Origin: Lytechinus pictus
Lineage: Eukaryota
Length of the DNA stretch: 64,000 bases
Direction: 5' to 3'
Assembly: GCF_037042905.1 (NCBI RefSeq)
Contig: NC_087251.1
Location: 25,050,001 to 25,114,000 of the forward strand
Of this stretch, positions 1 through 45,777 are shown in pieces. The translations under genes and the position numbers were made by a program. The notes beneath the pieces were generated by a model. It worked only from the letters and a program-made list of their open reading frames with translations, was not told the DNA's origin and searched no databases. How positions within the stretch are numbered: the first letter of the stretch is position 1; every line of letters begins with the position of its first letter.

Positions 1-2049
1 TTTACAATACATCTAGGCCTACATGCAGTAAGACAAGCATCTGCTATTAATTTTATAAGAGGGAAACCTTGATTTTCTTTATCCAAATTCCTTCTTGTAG
101 AGAAATTCACATTTGGCTCTTGTTTTATAGAAGAATGTAAACTGTAAAGCATATAAAATAGTTACCTCTTGATTTCAGGTGATGAGAAAAGCTATCACCT
201 TTACCAGTGGTGATTGTCAGTAAATACTATAAACTGATTAGTGTTATAAGGGCTGAGTCATTACATATTTGTTTTACCAGTGAGTGACCGCCAGTGATTT
301 TTTTTGTTGTTGACTACTAAAAAAACTATAAAAAGTTCAATTTCACCAATTATATGAATATCAACCACCTTATTCGTTGTCTAGGTCTGAAGTTATGACT
401 ACATATTACTACATGTATGTATAATGTATAATAGAGCAATGGGAATCATCTGGATATTTCAATTTTTTTGCATGAATTTATTGGCCCAGAACAAATTTCA
501 ATGATAGACACATGTGTCATTAAGGTTCAAGGAATGGATGGATGCTCTTTAAATACATAAATATTTTTTAAATATATATTTTAAGGTCTTTGTTGTCGAC
601 CTGCCATTTTTTAAGGAATTATTCCCAGCCTTGAAAATATGTACATGTAAAAGGTATGTCAATTGACAAACAATCGTTATGCTTCTAAAAATAAACATGA
701 TTATTTACCAGTGTTTTTCAGCTACAACTACAGTTTGATTACAATAACATCAAGAAGACCTACATGTACAGGTATGTTTGAGGCTTAGAGAAGCCGTGTT
801 AGGGAGTTTTTGCTCCTCGAATGCACAGCAGATTAAAGGACATGTATAGAAAATATATTGTCAAATGCTCTCCATGATAAAGCATTTATAACCAAGAAGT
901 CATTGATAATTGGTGAATCAAAACAGCAGTTTTGTCCTGGGCTCAGGAAAAACGACATATTTGCAATTTTTTGTCAGCTCCGAAACTGATGACGAAACTG
1001 CTATTCCGGTTCCCTAATTTTCGACAAAGACCTCCCAGCTAATCTTTGTCACTAATTTTTGGCATTTTTAATTTAGGTCTTCTGTGATTTTGTCTCTTGA
1101 ATGCACTGTGTGTTGTGGAGAAAAAAACTCCTTTCTATCAAATGAATTGATAATGAAATTACAAAGTAATTTTGTTCAAGTACCTGTAGTGTTGGATTTA
1201 AATATATCTACTATGTAAATGGTGAGCAGTTTAGTACATGTACATGTATATCATGTCCTATCTAGTAATCACAGTCAGACAGTATACCAAGAGCAGATGT
1301 ACTATCAGGATAAGACAACACAGCCGTTTGGCATGCCAGCTATGTGAATCCCTGTTGGAGGCCCTCTCGTTTTGCTCTTTCTATCACATGGGTTTTCTCT
1401 CTATTTTTGTGCACTATTCAATTGTCACTCTTCACTGTTTTGTCATTAGATGTAGATCTTTCTACTCTGTCCAATTTATTTCTGAAGATCTCATTTAACA
1501 GCACTTTGCTCATTGGAACACCTACATGTAGGAACATCTGCTCATACTTGTAAAACATAGGACTACCCGTACTTTATCTCTTGCGAATGATTGATTTATA
1601 ATATTACAGAATCAACCAAATTTGCTCCTCTGTAATTTCAGTCCTTTACTTTTCACTTTTGTCATTTTTCTGAAAAATGTTTGTCTATGCTACATGTAGG
1701 AGTAACTTATTACGGGTATTTTATGAGCTGAATGTGTTTATGCTCCCCACTCATTCACCCTTAAGTAGGATATTGACTAGATAAGGAGCTATTGAACAAA
1801 TTTTGTTATTTACAAATGTATTTTATATGTAGGCCTACATTCGTAATTTTTTTAAAAGTCATATTCTGAAATACAGCACTTACAGTATTGTACGCCTACA
1901 AAAGCTTGTTGTACTCAAGCAAATGGGAGGCTGAATGACATACATTTGTACCGTTGCACACGTAGCGTCCAAAATGTAACACTCATTATGTACCGTTGCA
2001 TCGTCAGAAACAAGGTGATGTCACTATAATAATTAGAATTATTTATTGT

Positions 2050-2392
2050 TATTATTTTTTGGGGGGCGTCACCTGTGCCTGGGAGGCGAAAAGCAAACTG
2101 AACCACTATGACCCGCAAGTCTCTCCTCCTTATATAACTGATTGGGGGAGTGCAGGTGGACCACTACACCAGGGTTTCCCCCTACTCTTTATATGAATAG
2201 TGCAGTGGGTTCTCCATTAACATCCTATCCGAGGGACTGAGTGTTTTCCATTGTAACAGCCTGCATGTATGAAACATGGGAGAGACTTTTACATACAATG
2301 CACTGGCTTCAGTCATCTGCCCTGGGTGGACTCGAACCCACGATCTTTGGTTCGACGGGCAGACGCGTTACCAACTAAGCGAACAACACTCC
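2050..2392 (-). mobile_element. tRNA-derived SINE
   Basis: Minus strand reads GGAGTGTTGTTCGCTTAGTTGGTAACGCG...GGGTTCGAGTCC (A and B boxes) followed by a non-tRNA body; left boundary approximate. Confidence 0.7.
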
Positions 2393-2480
2393 AGGTGCCG
2401 CGAAACGGTTTTCAAAGTGGGGGGGCTGACCATGCAAAAAATCACAATCATATGGTAATTTTTACGCTTCCACGGCCCCT
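2392..2480 (+). repeat. Dispersed repeat end (non-autonomous DNA element); second copy at about 51330..51442 on the - strand
   Basis: CAGGTGCCGCGAAACGGTTTTCAAAGTGGGGGGGCTGACCATGCAAAAAATCAC is shared by the two loci. Confidence 0.55.
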
Positions 2481-5400
2481 GCTCTCTAAATTCAAATAGT
2501 AAGTGCACATGCACTACGCGTAGGGCTCAAATGCGCTTTGCTGCTGCTGATCAGATGAGCGTTTGGGGGATTTTGCTTTTCGCTTTCAATAATTCTTTCT
2601 TATTTTCATAGATTAACGTAGGAAAAAAATGATTATTGTTAGTTTTTTTAAGCTAATTTCTGAAGCATTGTATTTGTGCAAGACGAATAGCGAATATTCT
2701 TATTCATGCAATGGTGCTAGATTTCGCACAAGGTGAAAAAATATGCTCTATTCAACGAGGCGCAACCTCATTGAATAGAGTGTCTCTTTCTTTCACCGTA
2801 TCGTACTCATGCCTATTCGCTACTGTATAGAGTGTTGTAAACCGAACCCGTTGCTAACATGCCGGTATCCCCCTGATGATGGGTTTACAGGTCGGGCCGA
2901 GTTCATTCTCCAACCCGCAGACCGGCACCATAGATAAGAAGAGAATGTCAACCCAGGCCCCAGAACTCTAGAATATTGATTAAATAAGCGAGTTTGGATG
3001 TAAATTCACTCTAGCTTAGTTGGAATATTCCCTTATGTGAGTGTGGGGATATCACGTGCGTCAAGGTGAACATGATTGAGTGAGTGCACATGGTAGACCT
3101 CGATTATGTGATTCAATCCGCGGGTTCAAATCCGACGGTCAGTGGGTCCGGGCTACAAATCATTGGATTATAAGGGATGGTATGGGTTGGGTTTGCACGT
3201 GCTGATACTACAGTGCTCACTACCATGATGCACACAGAGCTTACAAAATGCTTTCCCAAATGACCTTGGAATTTATTCTTCATCGTACCTTGTGATATCA
3301 AAAGCTTTTCCCCAACTCACAAATTACATTTATTTGTACATCTACTGATACGTATTGTACGTTGTATCCAGGATGCGAATTTTATCAGTGGTTATGTGCT
3401 ACATGTAGGCATTGGATTGGACACAAATATATGAGCTGAAACTTCAAAGAGGAGTAAGAAGGGATGAGAGTAATGAGAGGGAATTGAGAGAATGTATGAT
3501 GGGGGAGATGGAGATGTATCTAGGTGATACTGATTGATGTAGACATCTGTGCTAGACAACCCACTGATATGATGTGATACCAGGCTTTTAGATATCTGTA
3601 CTGGGATGATATAGACAGCATCATCTTGGTATCTTCTCCCCCAAAGTGATTGTCAGAGAAACCAACCCCTTTGTAACAGTGTAGGCCTACAGTGTAATTG
3701 TACCTCACAATTTTCAGCCACAAAGAACCTGATAACTGTAATCTATATCATGAAAGTCATAGGTAAAAATTTGTAAACATTAATTAGATAGACATGTATG
3801 TCTATGCACTTCCTTATAAACATTTTACAAATATGGAATACCTCATATTTATTATTATCTTATTCAAATCACAAGTCCAACAATGTGTAGGGTCCGACAG
3901 TGGACTGTATACAGGAAAGTCCTTCTGCCTACCAAGTACCAACATTTGTGAAAATACCCAATTTTTAAAATGAAAAAGTATATATTCTTAATTATTTAAG
4001 AGAAATAATAATCATGGTCATAAGATAAGGTCTACATGTAAAATGTGTGTCGAAAAAGTTACAGTGTTTTTCATTTCATGTCCATTTTAAATGTTTATGT
4101 TTAATACTTGAGTCATGTGACTCTCACTTAAATCATACATGTACATTATATATATGTAGATCTAGTCATAAATAGCCTACAGCTACATGTAAATGTAAAG
4201 AAGTAGGCCTATGTACATGCCTTACATGTAAAGTTTGTAAACTTTATGATTTGTGGAATTTTTACTGATTGCCTACACTGTCTGTGCATACTGAATATTA
4301 TCCAGTACTAACAAACCCTTAATGAGCCTAACCCAACAGAGCAATATGTATTTTTGCAATTGTTTTGACAGGCTATCAATCTGAACAGACTGTGTCTATT
4401 TTGTGACACAAATGTTGCGCCCCCCATCTTGTTTACATGTCTGCCATGTCCACAGCCTCGATGGAAGACATATGGCCCTAAATTCTATGCATGCCTGTAC
4501 CAAAGAGCTGTGAAAACAATGTCCTGGATGGTTTCACATAAGCTCTATTAAATCTCTTCAAACCAAAGAAAATCAAAGCAACGTAATTACAAAATAATGA
4601 TGTGCACTATAGACCAATGTGTAGACAGCATTGCAGTAAAGGATATCATATCACTGTTCTATTTTTACATTTCATCCAATTACGTTAATTAAGCAAGAGT
4701 CTGAAGTGAAAGATGATTAAATAAAATGACAGTCAAAGCTGGTACTCAATTATCACCTTCAGGATTAGGGTAGTACTGGAGGTGTATGGGTAACCAGGAA
4801 TTAAATTAAATACTGCAAGGTCACTCTGCATTAATAGCAGTCAGGCTGTCATTGAAAAAAAAAATCATATTTCTCCTCCCTTTTTTAAAGTAGAAACTAG
4901 TTGTAAAAGAATATTTCCATGGCAACATAGGAATTATTATTCAACATATCATACATTTAGAAACTCTTTCAAAGCCATACATGTATCTTTTTGGACCATT
5001 GAAATCTGTTTGACCATCTCGAGGAAGAATACATGTATGGTTTGACCGAAGAGAAATTTGATAAATAAATAGAACAATTATTTTGTATTTGATTAAATCC
5101 GGTTAAAAAAAAAATCACAAAGACGTGGGTGGTTATGCATCTTACATGTATATGACTTTGACTTTAACAAGGTTTACTGACTTTGGAAATTGCATATAGT
5201 GGCAAGGTTTATGAATGAACTGCTTGTACATTTTAGTTATAGTTTTGTTTACTTTCTCTGCGAGGTGCTATATCAGTAAACATTTAGCAACTTTTGGGGA
5301 ATCAGAATAATCAAATTCTTTAAAAAGTTACCATACAGTTTAAAAGCCAGTTTCTCATTTGGTATTGATTTGGAAGGTCGTAATCATATGAAGCAGCAAG

Positions 5401-6257
5401 GTTCATTGGCCAGTACAGTCACTTCTCGGCTGCATCAATTTTAATCAAGGTTCAAATTAAAGATGAGCATGTGTTGTCTCTTTGGATTAGTGGACGTCAT
5501 AACTGATAAACGACACCTCACCTAACCTCACTCTAGAATTCCCTTCATGAATTCTTGCCAGACAAGACGATGGGTAATTAGTCCATTGTTTACCCTATAG
5601 CTTTTTACATTTATGTCAGGTTGGGAATTACATGTTGTACATGTACATGTAGGGGAAAATTAGTTTAATCCATTTATTTGATATAGGATGTCAGGTGAGT
5701 GTTGCAAAGTTGCTGTAATATTGAAAATACAGTTTCTAAATAACTATGTAATCTGTTGGGTACATATACTGTACATGTAGGTATGAGAAAGTACATTTGT
5801 ACGTGTGTGTTTTTATTACCCGTGACAGCTTTTATCATTCTGACATAAAATACTTCGACTTGTTATATACATGTAAGATGTTTTCATAAATTATTTAGTA
5901 TCTCATGGGTAAAAAACCAACAAAACCAACATTGACATTTGTTTTCTGCTGTGTTGCAGATCTCTTGACACTTTCTCTTTTGCTACTTTCAGTACTTTGA
6001 TCATTTACAAATACATACTTTTGTTTGTGAAAAAGGTTCAGGATTAGAATTTGAAGGAAACACAAAACCCACTCTCTTTTGATGAACTCTCTTTTTTTTC
6101 TTCTTTGTCTGTTCTTATCTATTTTTCGATTATATTAAATTTCTGTTCATATTTTATTTGTCTTTCTATGTTTGGTAGGATGCTGAAAGAGCAGTGGGCA
6201 GAAGACCATACGTAGCAGTAACTCCCACCATCACCTGGATACCAAGCAGCGGTCGCC

Positions 6258-37399
<31,142 letters not shown>

Positions 37400-40030
37400 C
37401 GAGACAATGGAAGAACAGTATTCACCTGTTGACTAAACGATCCTGTACAAAGACTGAGAACTCGGTAGTCAACGGGATACAGAGGATTAGATAGAGGAGG
37501 AATATTTCTTGAACATTGTATTGCGTGGTATCAAGTATGGTGTCCAGTTGAATGTTCTCAGTAGACAAATGTTTTGGGGGTTGATCCATTGTTAAAACAC
37601 AATAGCTCATCATTCCAATGTTTTGTTTGGCCAGAGCATTCCGACACCACCGACAGTGTTAGGTGTTGGTGTTAGTGTTGCGAGCATAACTAAGTGTTCA
37701 TCTGCTGAACTAATCTCTGAAACAGACTTTGTGTTTAGAAAACAATATTAATCATGTTCATGGAAGCTTAGTAATTAAAATGTTAATGCCAACACCTGAG
37801 TTGACTCATGTTTGGTGTTGTACCAACTTCTTGTTTTGCCTTAATACCAACACTGGGTGATTTCAAGTCCGGTGTTGGCCTTGATGTTGTTGTTGAGATT
37901 TGGATTGCTTCCCCTAGCACCAAAACTTATTCAGAGTTTGTAAAACTGATCCAGATCACATTATTAACATCTCAACAAGTGAGTGACTTTTCGGGACCAT
38001 CTTCATTTTATGTTTGGTGTTATAATCATGTAAAAATTGACCTAACACCAACACCAAAAGGTCAACACTAAACTTGAAATCACCCACTGTTCAACACCAT
38101 ACTTGAAATCATCCTTTGAGCTTGGAAGTTGAAATGTGTTGATAACACCCACAAAAATGTAAAGATTGTCATATTCAATTTTGCAAAGCACTTGAATTTT
38201 CCTTGTTATATTGTGTAAAAGTTCTGGGTTATTTTACCGTGTGAAAATAAAATTTATCTATCTATCTATATCTTTCAGAGGCCCTTCTACTGAAAATGTA
38301 ACTTCATGACTATAAAATTTGTATTCAAAATAGCCAATCAGTGTCTACCTCTTGATAATCTACACCAGATCCTTAACTCTAATTGGTTGATGATGACAGG
38401 TTGCATTTGATTGCAGATAATTGCATGACTATCTGTCCAAGTATTCATTGAAATAAAATGCCAAATCACATTTTTTTAGTAAAGAAAACACTAAGAAAAT
38501 GTAAAAGTTATCTTCTTTTATCTCGTGAGGTATTTATATGAAAAGTGAAGTAATTTCCTATCTTTCAATTAAGAAACAGCATCACTAATTTACATATTTT
38601 TTTCGGGAAGTATTTTATATTAAAAATTGCCAACTATGAGTAATCATAAGATTTCTAATTCAATTGATGAATGATATCTTTATCAAATATCAAGGTTTCA
38701 TTTACTTAATGATAACATTTCAACTTTCAAGCACAATATTCTAGTCCCTTACCAATCAAGATATATTGGTGACTGTGTAAGGGATTGCATGTCAACAACG
38801 TCATTCTGTGAAGCAGTACTAGAGTAGACAAGCTGCATTGACTATTGAATAGTAGATGACACTAACTGTTCTCTGTGGGAGAGTATTGGTAAACCCTTGC
38901 AACAGGAATACTTTCTCTTATCTATGCACGAGGACTGAAGTCGTCCAAGCGGGATAATATTTGGTTTGAGGAGTGCTGCATCGATAACTTGCCTTGAAGC
39001 ACTGCCCAAGCTAATCAGCATACTTACTTGTGGATGTGGAGGAACCCACCGCCAGTGTGTATGATCATATGGTGCTATGTACTTACTTGTAGAAGTAGAC
39101 TTTGACTCTCGGAACCTTGGAAGTTGAGGCATTTGATGTCATTGACCAGCAATTTTCTTCACTGTACCTTCTTCCTGCTTCAAGACTCTAATCAAATCCA
39201 TTGGTGGTGATTGATATGATCTCTAAAAAGGATATCCAGCAAGATTGCCATTTCTGGGAGAAAACACCCGACTTCTGTATTACTAGTCTTTGACTGGGTT
39301 TATTCATATTATCCAACTTAACATGTACTCCACATGTCATATTGATATATTGTGCCAAAACAGTACCAATACCAGCTATTATATTGGTATTATTATCTCC
39401 TACTCAGGTTTTTATCTGGGCCAGTATCATGAAGGTCGATATTGACGGTTAATCGTCAGTGGGATTTGATTTACTGACAGTGTTGTTGCCATGGTAAATG
39501 TCAATGAATGGCAGTTTGTCAGTGGTGACAACCCTTCATGAAACAGCGCCTAGGGACCTTGTTTCGCATAGATTGTTCTCAAGTCGTCAGTCAGTGACAG
39601 CTTCAGTGACTTCCTGGATTTCGGTTGGCTGACACACACTGCTGATCTGTCATAGATTGACTTTTGATTGAAAACAACCTTTATGGACTTTGTCCCTGTT
39701 TGACTATGCAGAATGATTTCTTCTAAGTGGTAGCAAGCTGGATTCTATGAATAAGCCCAGGCACTGGGAAATTGTCTGGAATCAAATTCACTTTATAGCA
39801 TTATTTTGAAGGTCTGCTTGTATAATGTGTAATGTTTGCCCAACTGAAAATATGGTGCGAGTATGTAAGTTTGGCTATCTATCCTCGTCAGTTGAAACCT
39901 CTGTTGGTACTTCAGTCCATCATGCACCACACGGCCATCCTTAAACCTCGTTTTTAGAAAAAAAGTTATGGGAAGTGATATGAACGGTCCAACATCCAAA
40001 GGCATACAAATTTGTTGTATGAAAGTGTTG

Positions 40031-40206
40031 TACACTGTAAAAAAGGAAGTGCTAATTTAGCACTTACAGTGCTTGTATAGTGACTGCACTACGAGTGCTG
40101 ATTTTCTAATTTGAACTGGAATTTGAACTGGAAAATCAGCACTCGTAGTGCAGTCACTATGCAAGCACTGTAAGTGCTAAATTAGCACTTCATTTTTTAC
40201 AATGTA
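40031..40206. mobile_element. Hairpin MITE (TA-CACTGTAAAAA ... TTTTTACAATG-TA)
   Basis: About 75-bp arms, nearly perfectly complementary. Confidence 0.85.
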
Positions 40207-41505
40207 TGAATACAAAAAGGTGAAATTCAGGACTCTTGAGAATCCTCTTCTAGGTATAAAAGTGAAATAAATTTGTAATCATAATGGCATCAAAGCAGTC
40301 TTATAGTGGGCGAGAATTCAGAGTCATATTTGATTCTAATTCAAAGGCCTGCAGTTAATTTAAATTTAGTTTTCCTACATTTATGCTCAACCTGAAGCTA
40401 ATTCAATTGTCTATACTCTGATAATCTCCATGCCAGTCTGAAAATCGAATCACAGAATGGTTGTACGGTGTGTGATGGGCTTTACACTCCATATAAAACA
40501 AGCAGGACTGTATTATACTTGTGCTCATTGTGTGTACTTTCAGATCTATCAATATGACTAGTGCTTCCTGTATATCTTGTCTTCTTTGATAAAAACAAAA
40601 CAAACAAATAATGCAGGAAAAAAATAGTGCTAAATGTCAAGCACGCCTTGTACATACAGTTTATACCTGTAGATTTTGAACTCTTGACTTGTAACTATCT
40701 TCATTATGTACCATTAACTTATTTGCACATAATTTGTAAAACACCATTTATAAGAAAGTTCTATCATTACTCGCGATATACGACATGATGTCGTTGCTCT
40801 TTTTATATTATGATATATATTTGTGTAAAGTTTGAATATTTATTGAAACGGCTCTTGTGTGTCAAAAAGGATATGCAACTCAAGCTGTTGATCAGTTGCG
40901 ACCACACTCTTCTTTATTGCATGAAACCTACTCACCTATGCTAGTCAATGAGATGCATGTTTTCTTTACTTTCAGAGTAGACAAAGAATGAAATTTACTC
41001 TCCAGCTCCATGTAATTCTATGATTTATCAGTTCCATATAAGAGATAACTGTTAAAGCACCTTTACATTAGAAACTTTTATTTAGCACAGAAACAGAGTT
41101 TTATATTTCTTTTAGAAACAAAATCAAAATATTTTTTAGATAACCCTGTGTCCTATGTTACCTGTCAGCTTGTGTTTTTCTATTGATGAATATCCCTTAT
41201 ATTTCTTCAGCTCAGGATCCTCCTCCCCCCCCCCCCCTCATCTGAGACACCTGTTTGTCTAACTTAATGTTAGAGATGCATTAGCCTTTCATTATTGATA
41301 AGATTGTAAGCACTTCAAAGAAATCGATATGGGGAGATTTCATTTCTTGTATCAATGATTGGAATTAGTTTCAGATGATCTTGAGCCAAATTTATATTCA
41401 CACATGATTTGCACAGGATTTTAGAATGTCTACTAGGTTGATTTGTAGGTATTTACAGTTTTATCAATTACCCTGTTGGAGTCTGAGCTTGCATATGTGT
41501 GAGCT

Positions 41506-41664
41506 GGGCTCCGTAGCAGAAAGGTTTGCAATCGATCGCTAAATACTAATGACCAATCAAGATAATCGTTGCATGTGCACTCTATTTAAAATACTGACCT
41601 GGCACCAATCAGTGCCGTTCTTTCATATTTGCAATTCTTTGCAAACCTTTGTGTTACGGAGCCC
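41506..41664. mobile_element. MITE
   Basis: GGGCTCCGTA.CA.AAAGGTTTGCAA ... TTGCAAACCTTTGTGTTACGGAGCCC. Confidence 0.75.
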
Positions 41665-42821
41665 TTTAGTCTATGGAAACGTGTCGGCAAATTCATTTTA
41701 TCTCCAACGGGTTATTTTCTGTCAGCGTTTAGTTTCAGTCCCTCATGTCACATGATCAGTCGGGAAGAAAACATTGGTACATTAATAGTTTTCATCGATT
41801 CACTTTTTTTTCTCTTTGCTTCATTAAGATAATTCAATTACACTACAAACTGACTTTACAATAATATATTTGAATGAAAGCTTGTAAATCAAAGATTGAT
41901 CTTAATATTCTCTAGATTAACAATAATATTTTGATCATCTCCAATGATAAATTGCCAAAGAAATATCAGTCTTAGATTTGTCAACAAACCTCCATACATA
42001 TAGAAAAACAATCCAACCAAACTTAGCTTATTTCACATAACTTTCATAGGCTTTTTTCAATACTTCTTCTTTATTATAACATTGTTAAATGTTCAAACAC
42101 TTGAACATTAAATAATGCATAACAGTTCTATAATAGTTTAATAATCAAAATCTGGCTCACATTTTCTCTTTTAAGTCGTCCATCATTTAAATTACAATAC
42201 AAGAACTGTAGAGTATTAATCGAACACTAGCCTGGCTTCCAAATCTATCCATACCAGGAAAGTGCTCAGACACCACTTTGGGTTTGATCTAACACTAGAT
42301 AGGTGTTAACATAACACCACTTTGATGCTAGACACTGTTTCAGCACTTCTTTGTCAAGGATTGATGTTTAATGTGTTGAATAAACACTCTGAATTTGTCA
42401 GTGTAGTGTCTGATCAGTGTGCTTGCCCTTAAAATATGATTCAACTCAACAATGTTCAAATATTTTGAATGGAATTATTTTGTAAAGCACGTGAGATGTA
42501 CTCATTTTATCCTCTTTATTTTTTTATCCTTATTTCATTATTTTTCTGTATTGATATGTAGAAATTGTGAGAATGTGCAAATATTTTTTCTGTAATCTAA
42601 CTTGGGGAATGTTTTTTTTTCCTTCAGACAGAACTAATGTGGACTGCAAGGCTATATATATATTAATCTCTAGAATTTTAACTACAATTTCCTTGTAATG
42701 CATGCTATTTTTTCTGAATTATTATTAGTATATGTATATTGGTATTTTTGCCTTTTTAAACATCATATGTTCAACTTCAAATACTTCCCTAGGCAAAACA
42801 GCTGTAAGCCATTAAGCACCT

Positions 42822-43176
42822 AAATTCAGTTTAATTTTGTTCAGCAGAAATCCTTGATGGTTTATCTATTGGTATCAAAAAGAGGCCTAAATCTCTATAA
42901 ACCATAGTATTTGAATTAGCAGCCTACTTGGCACTCAAACTATGAACAGTCGTCTGGGAACAATGATTTTGATAATTTTTCTTCACCTATAAAGCTTTAA
43001 TTTAGTTTAAATTTGTTCACCAGAAATCCTTGATGGTTTATCTATTGGTATAAAAAAGAGGCCTAAATCTCTATAAACCATAGTATTTGAATTAGCAGCC
43101 TACTTGGCACTCAAACTATGAAAAGTCGTCTGGGAACAATGATTTTGATAATTTTTCTTCACCTATAAAGCTTTAA
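42822..43176. repeat. 176-bp direct tandem duplication
   Basis: CAGAAATCCTTGATGG... at 42845 and 43021; copies nearly identical. Confidence 0.9.
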
Positions 43177-44274
43177 AAAAAGAAGATGATTAATAAACAA
43201 AAGAAATCAATTTTAACAAGTTTTTTTCTTTTTTTTGCTTCCCATATTTTAGCACAGTCTTACATGAGGCATTGCTTAAATTCAACCAGAGTTTAGAAAA
43301 CAGGCCATTATGTTTCAGTGACACAAGCTACTTAGTTTTCTTTTTTTCTGCTTTTATGATACTGTTGGGCGTTTTGGATTTTGTTCATTCCTTCATGTGA
43401 AGCAGTTGCCCTTTTGTCATTTTAACTTTTTTTTACAGCAGGAAGACACATTTTTACTAAAAAATTTACTAAATGTGTTCCCATTTGTTGTTTTATCTGA
43501 CATTTTTTGTTTTTTCCTTTTCTCTATCTCCCTCTCTCTGTTCCGCCTCACTCACCCTCATTCACTTCACTTTAAACTTACAAAGAAATTTTAATTTTTT
43601 TATTAGTGCAATCCAAGTTTATGTACATGTATATCATTATTTATATTAGCTCAGCATGTTTTTCTTTATTATTTCATGTTATATGATATAAAATAGGGTA
43701 AATTTATTCATAGAAAATATCCGTCCCCAAAACAAGATTTCATGGTATTTATTATTTTTTCGAGATTAAATAATAATTCTTGTCCATGTCTTATGATATA
43801 GACAAGGAAGTTCATTTCAACAAGATATTTTTGTGAAATATTTACTTGTTTGTTTCGTTTACTTAAAAAAATAATGTGTCTTTTGCATTAGCCATTATCA
43901 GGTCCTCATTCAGCATGGAAACTTTAGAAAGTATAAGGTTTCCAATTTTACCAAAATTGTATTTCCCCATTCATAATTAAACCCTTTACTTTAATTATGT
44001 AAGCAACCTCTCGTGCTCATTAATATTACATGATAAAATTAAAGGACCATCAGCTACATCTCCACGAAATTCGTACAATGATGCACTTAATGCTCACGGT
44101 GGTTTATATTGCTTTGAAATTAATATTTCAATTGTTAAACATTACTCATCTGGTATTGATTTAATATCAATACGTATCAAACTTGCCTTTTTGTTGGTTA
44201 TAAAAACGAGGTAATATGTGTATTTGAATACAGTCTACCTGTACGGATCCTTTTTTGTACTTGTAGAGGCTGTA

Positions 44275-44280
44275 AATAAA
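44275..44280 (+). promoter_or_regulatory. Candidate distal polyadenylation signal of TTBK
   Basis: AATAAA in TGTAAATAAAAATATTTT context at the end of a long T-rich stretch; many other AATAAA hexamers exist upstream. Confidence 0.25.
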
Positions 44281-45189
44281 AATATTTTTACGAGTGATGG
44301 ACAGATCCTTATACCAAACGTGTTGATGTCATCTGTTTGATTCGAATGGAAAGGGTTTGGGCAGGAGAAATAAGAGATTGGCAAAGTGTGAGAGAGAGAG
44401 AGGGAACAGGTATATGGAGGGAAAGGGGGGAGGTGGAAAGATGTCGATATATGAGGAACGAGAGAAAAAGATGAGTTTAGCACAACGATAGACTGCATAA
44501 GAAAGAGATGATAATAGGTAAGATAATATATGTGTCTATGTATGATAACAGAAAGGGGATGATAATGGGAGATGGAGAGAGAAAGGAATCGTTAGATGAA
44601 ATAAGAGATGAATAGAGAAAGAATAGAGGGGGTAGGGTCAAAAAGTATTAAGAGAGAAATTCTAAAGTATTTAATATGTTGACATGAAAGGGACCTGTCA
44701 AGGACTGTTTGCAGTGACTAATTAAGAGGATACATATCTCATAAATCACAATGTAAGCGCGAGCTGAAATTTCTTTGATATTACGACCTGAAAACTGGCA
44801 ATAGATTACGGCGCAGATTCAATTTCCAAAAGTTAAAAACTCCAAGCGTCGTCGTAAATCAGCTGAAGAGCGAATTGAAAAAAAAATCAAATACTATAAA
44901 CGTAACATCATTTTTTTTTTAATTAGAGGATATGAAATGTAGTATGATCTTACATAGCGATACAGAACACTTTCAAATATATAATCGATAACCACATTTT
45001 CGACAAAGTAACATTGTCATTATCGTCTTATTATTGATGGACACATGAAAAAACAGTTGCATCATTCATCTGTGTGTTATCAACTTTAGTTTCACAGAAA
45101 ATGTCTACAAAACTTTTTCATAATATTGCAAGTAATCCATATCTGATCATAACCACAAAATACACCGAGGAGCTTTTAAACACACTTAA

Positions 45190-45777
45190 AGGTCAAGTCC
45201 ACCTCAGAAAAATGTTTATTTAAATCATATCAGACAAGCATAATGCTGAAAATTTCATCAAAATCGGATGTAAAATAAGAAAGTTATGACATTTCAAAGT
45301 TTCGCTTATTTTTCACAAAATAGTTGTATGCACAAAATAGTCACATGCAAATCAGAGAATCGATGACGTCCCTCACTCACTATTTATTTTGTTTTTCATT
45401 GTTTGAAATATACAATATTTCAATTTTTACAGATTTGACAATAAGGACCAACTTGACTGAACCATAAAATGTTAAACAATGGTAAATTCACATGTTCAGG
45501 GCGAAATGAATCTTTGTTTAAACAGGACAATGAGGAGAAAAGTCGAATATTTCATATAATAAAATACAAAAGAAATAGTGAGTGAGTGATGTCAGCAGTT
45601 CCCTCATTTGCATACCGACCAGGATGTGCATATAACTATTTTGTGAGATTAAACAAAACTTTAAAATGTCATAACTTTCTTATTTTACATCTGATTTTGA
45701 TGAAATTTTCAGTGTTGTTCTTCTTGGATTTTTCTCTTTTTATTCAAATCCACTTTTTGTTGGGGTGGACTTGTCCT
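45190..45777. mobile_element. Kolobok-like MITE (partial copy at about 20330..20445)
   Basis: TTAA-AGGTCAAGTCCACC ... GGTGGACTTGTCCT-TTAA; long subterminal inverted repeats. Confidence 0.8.
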
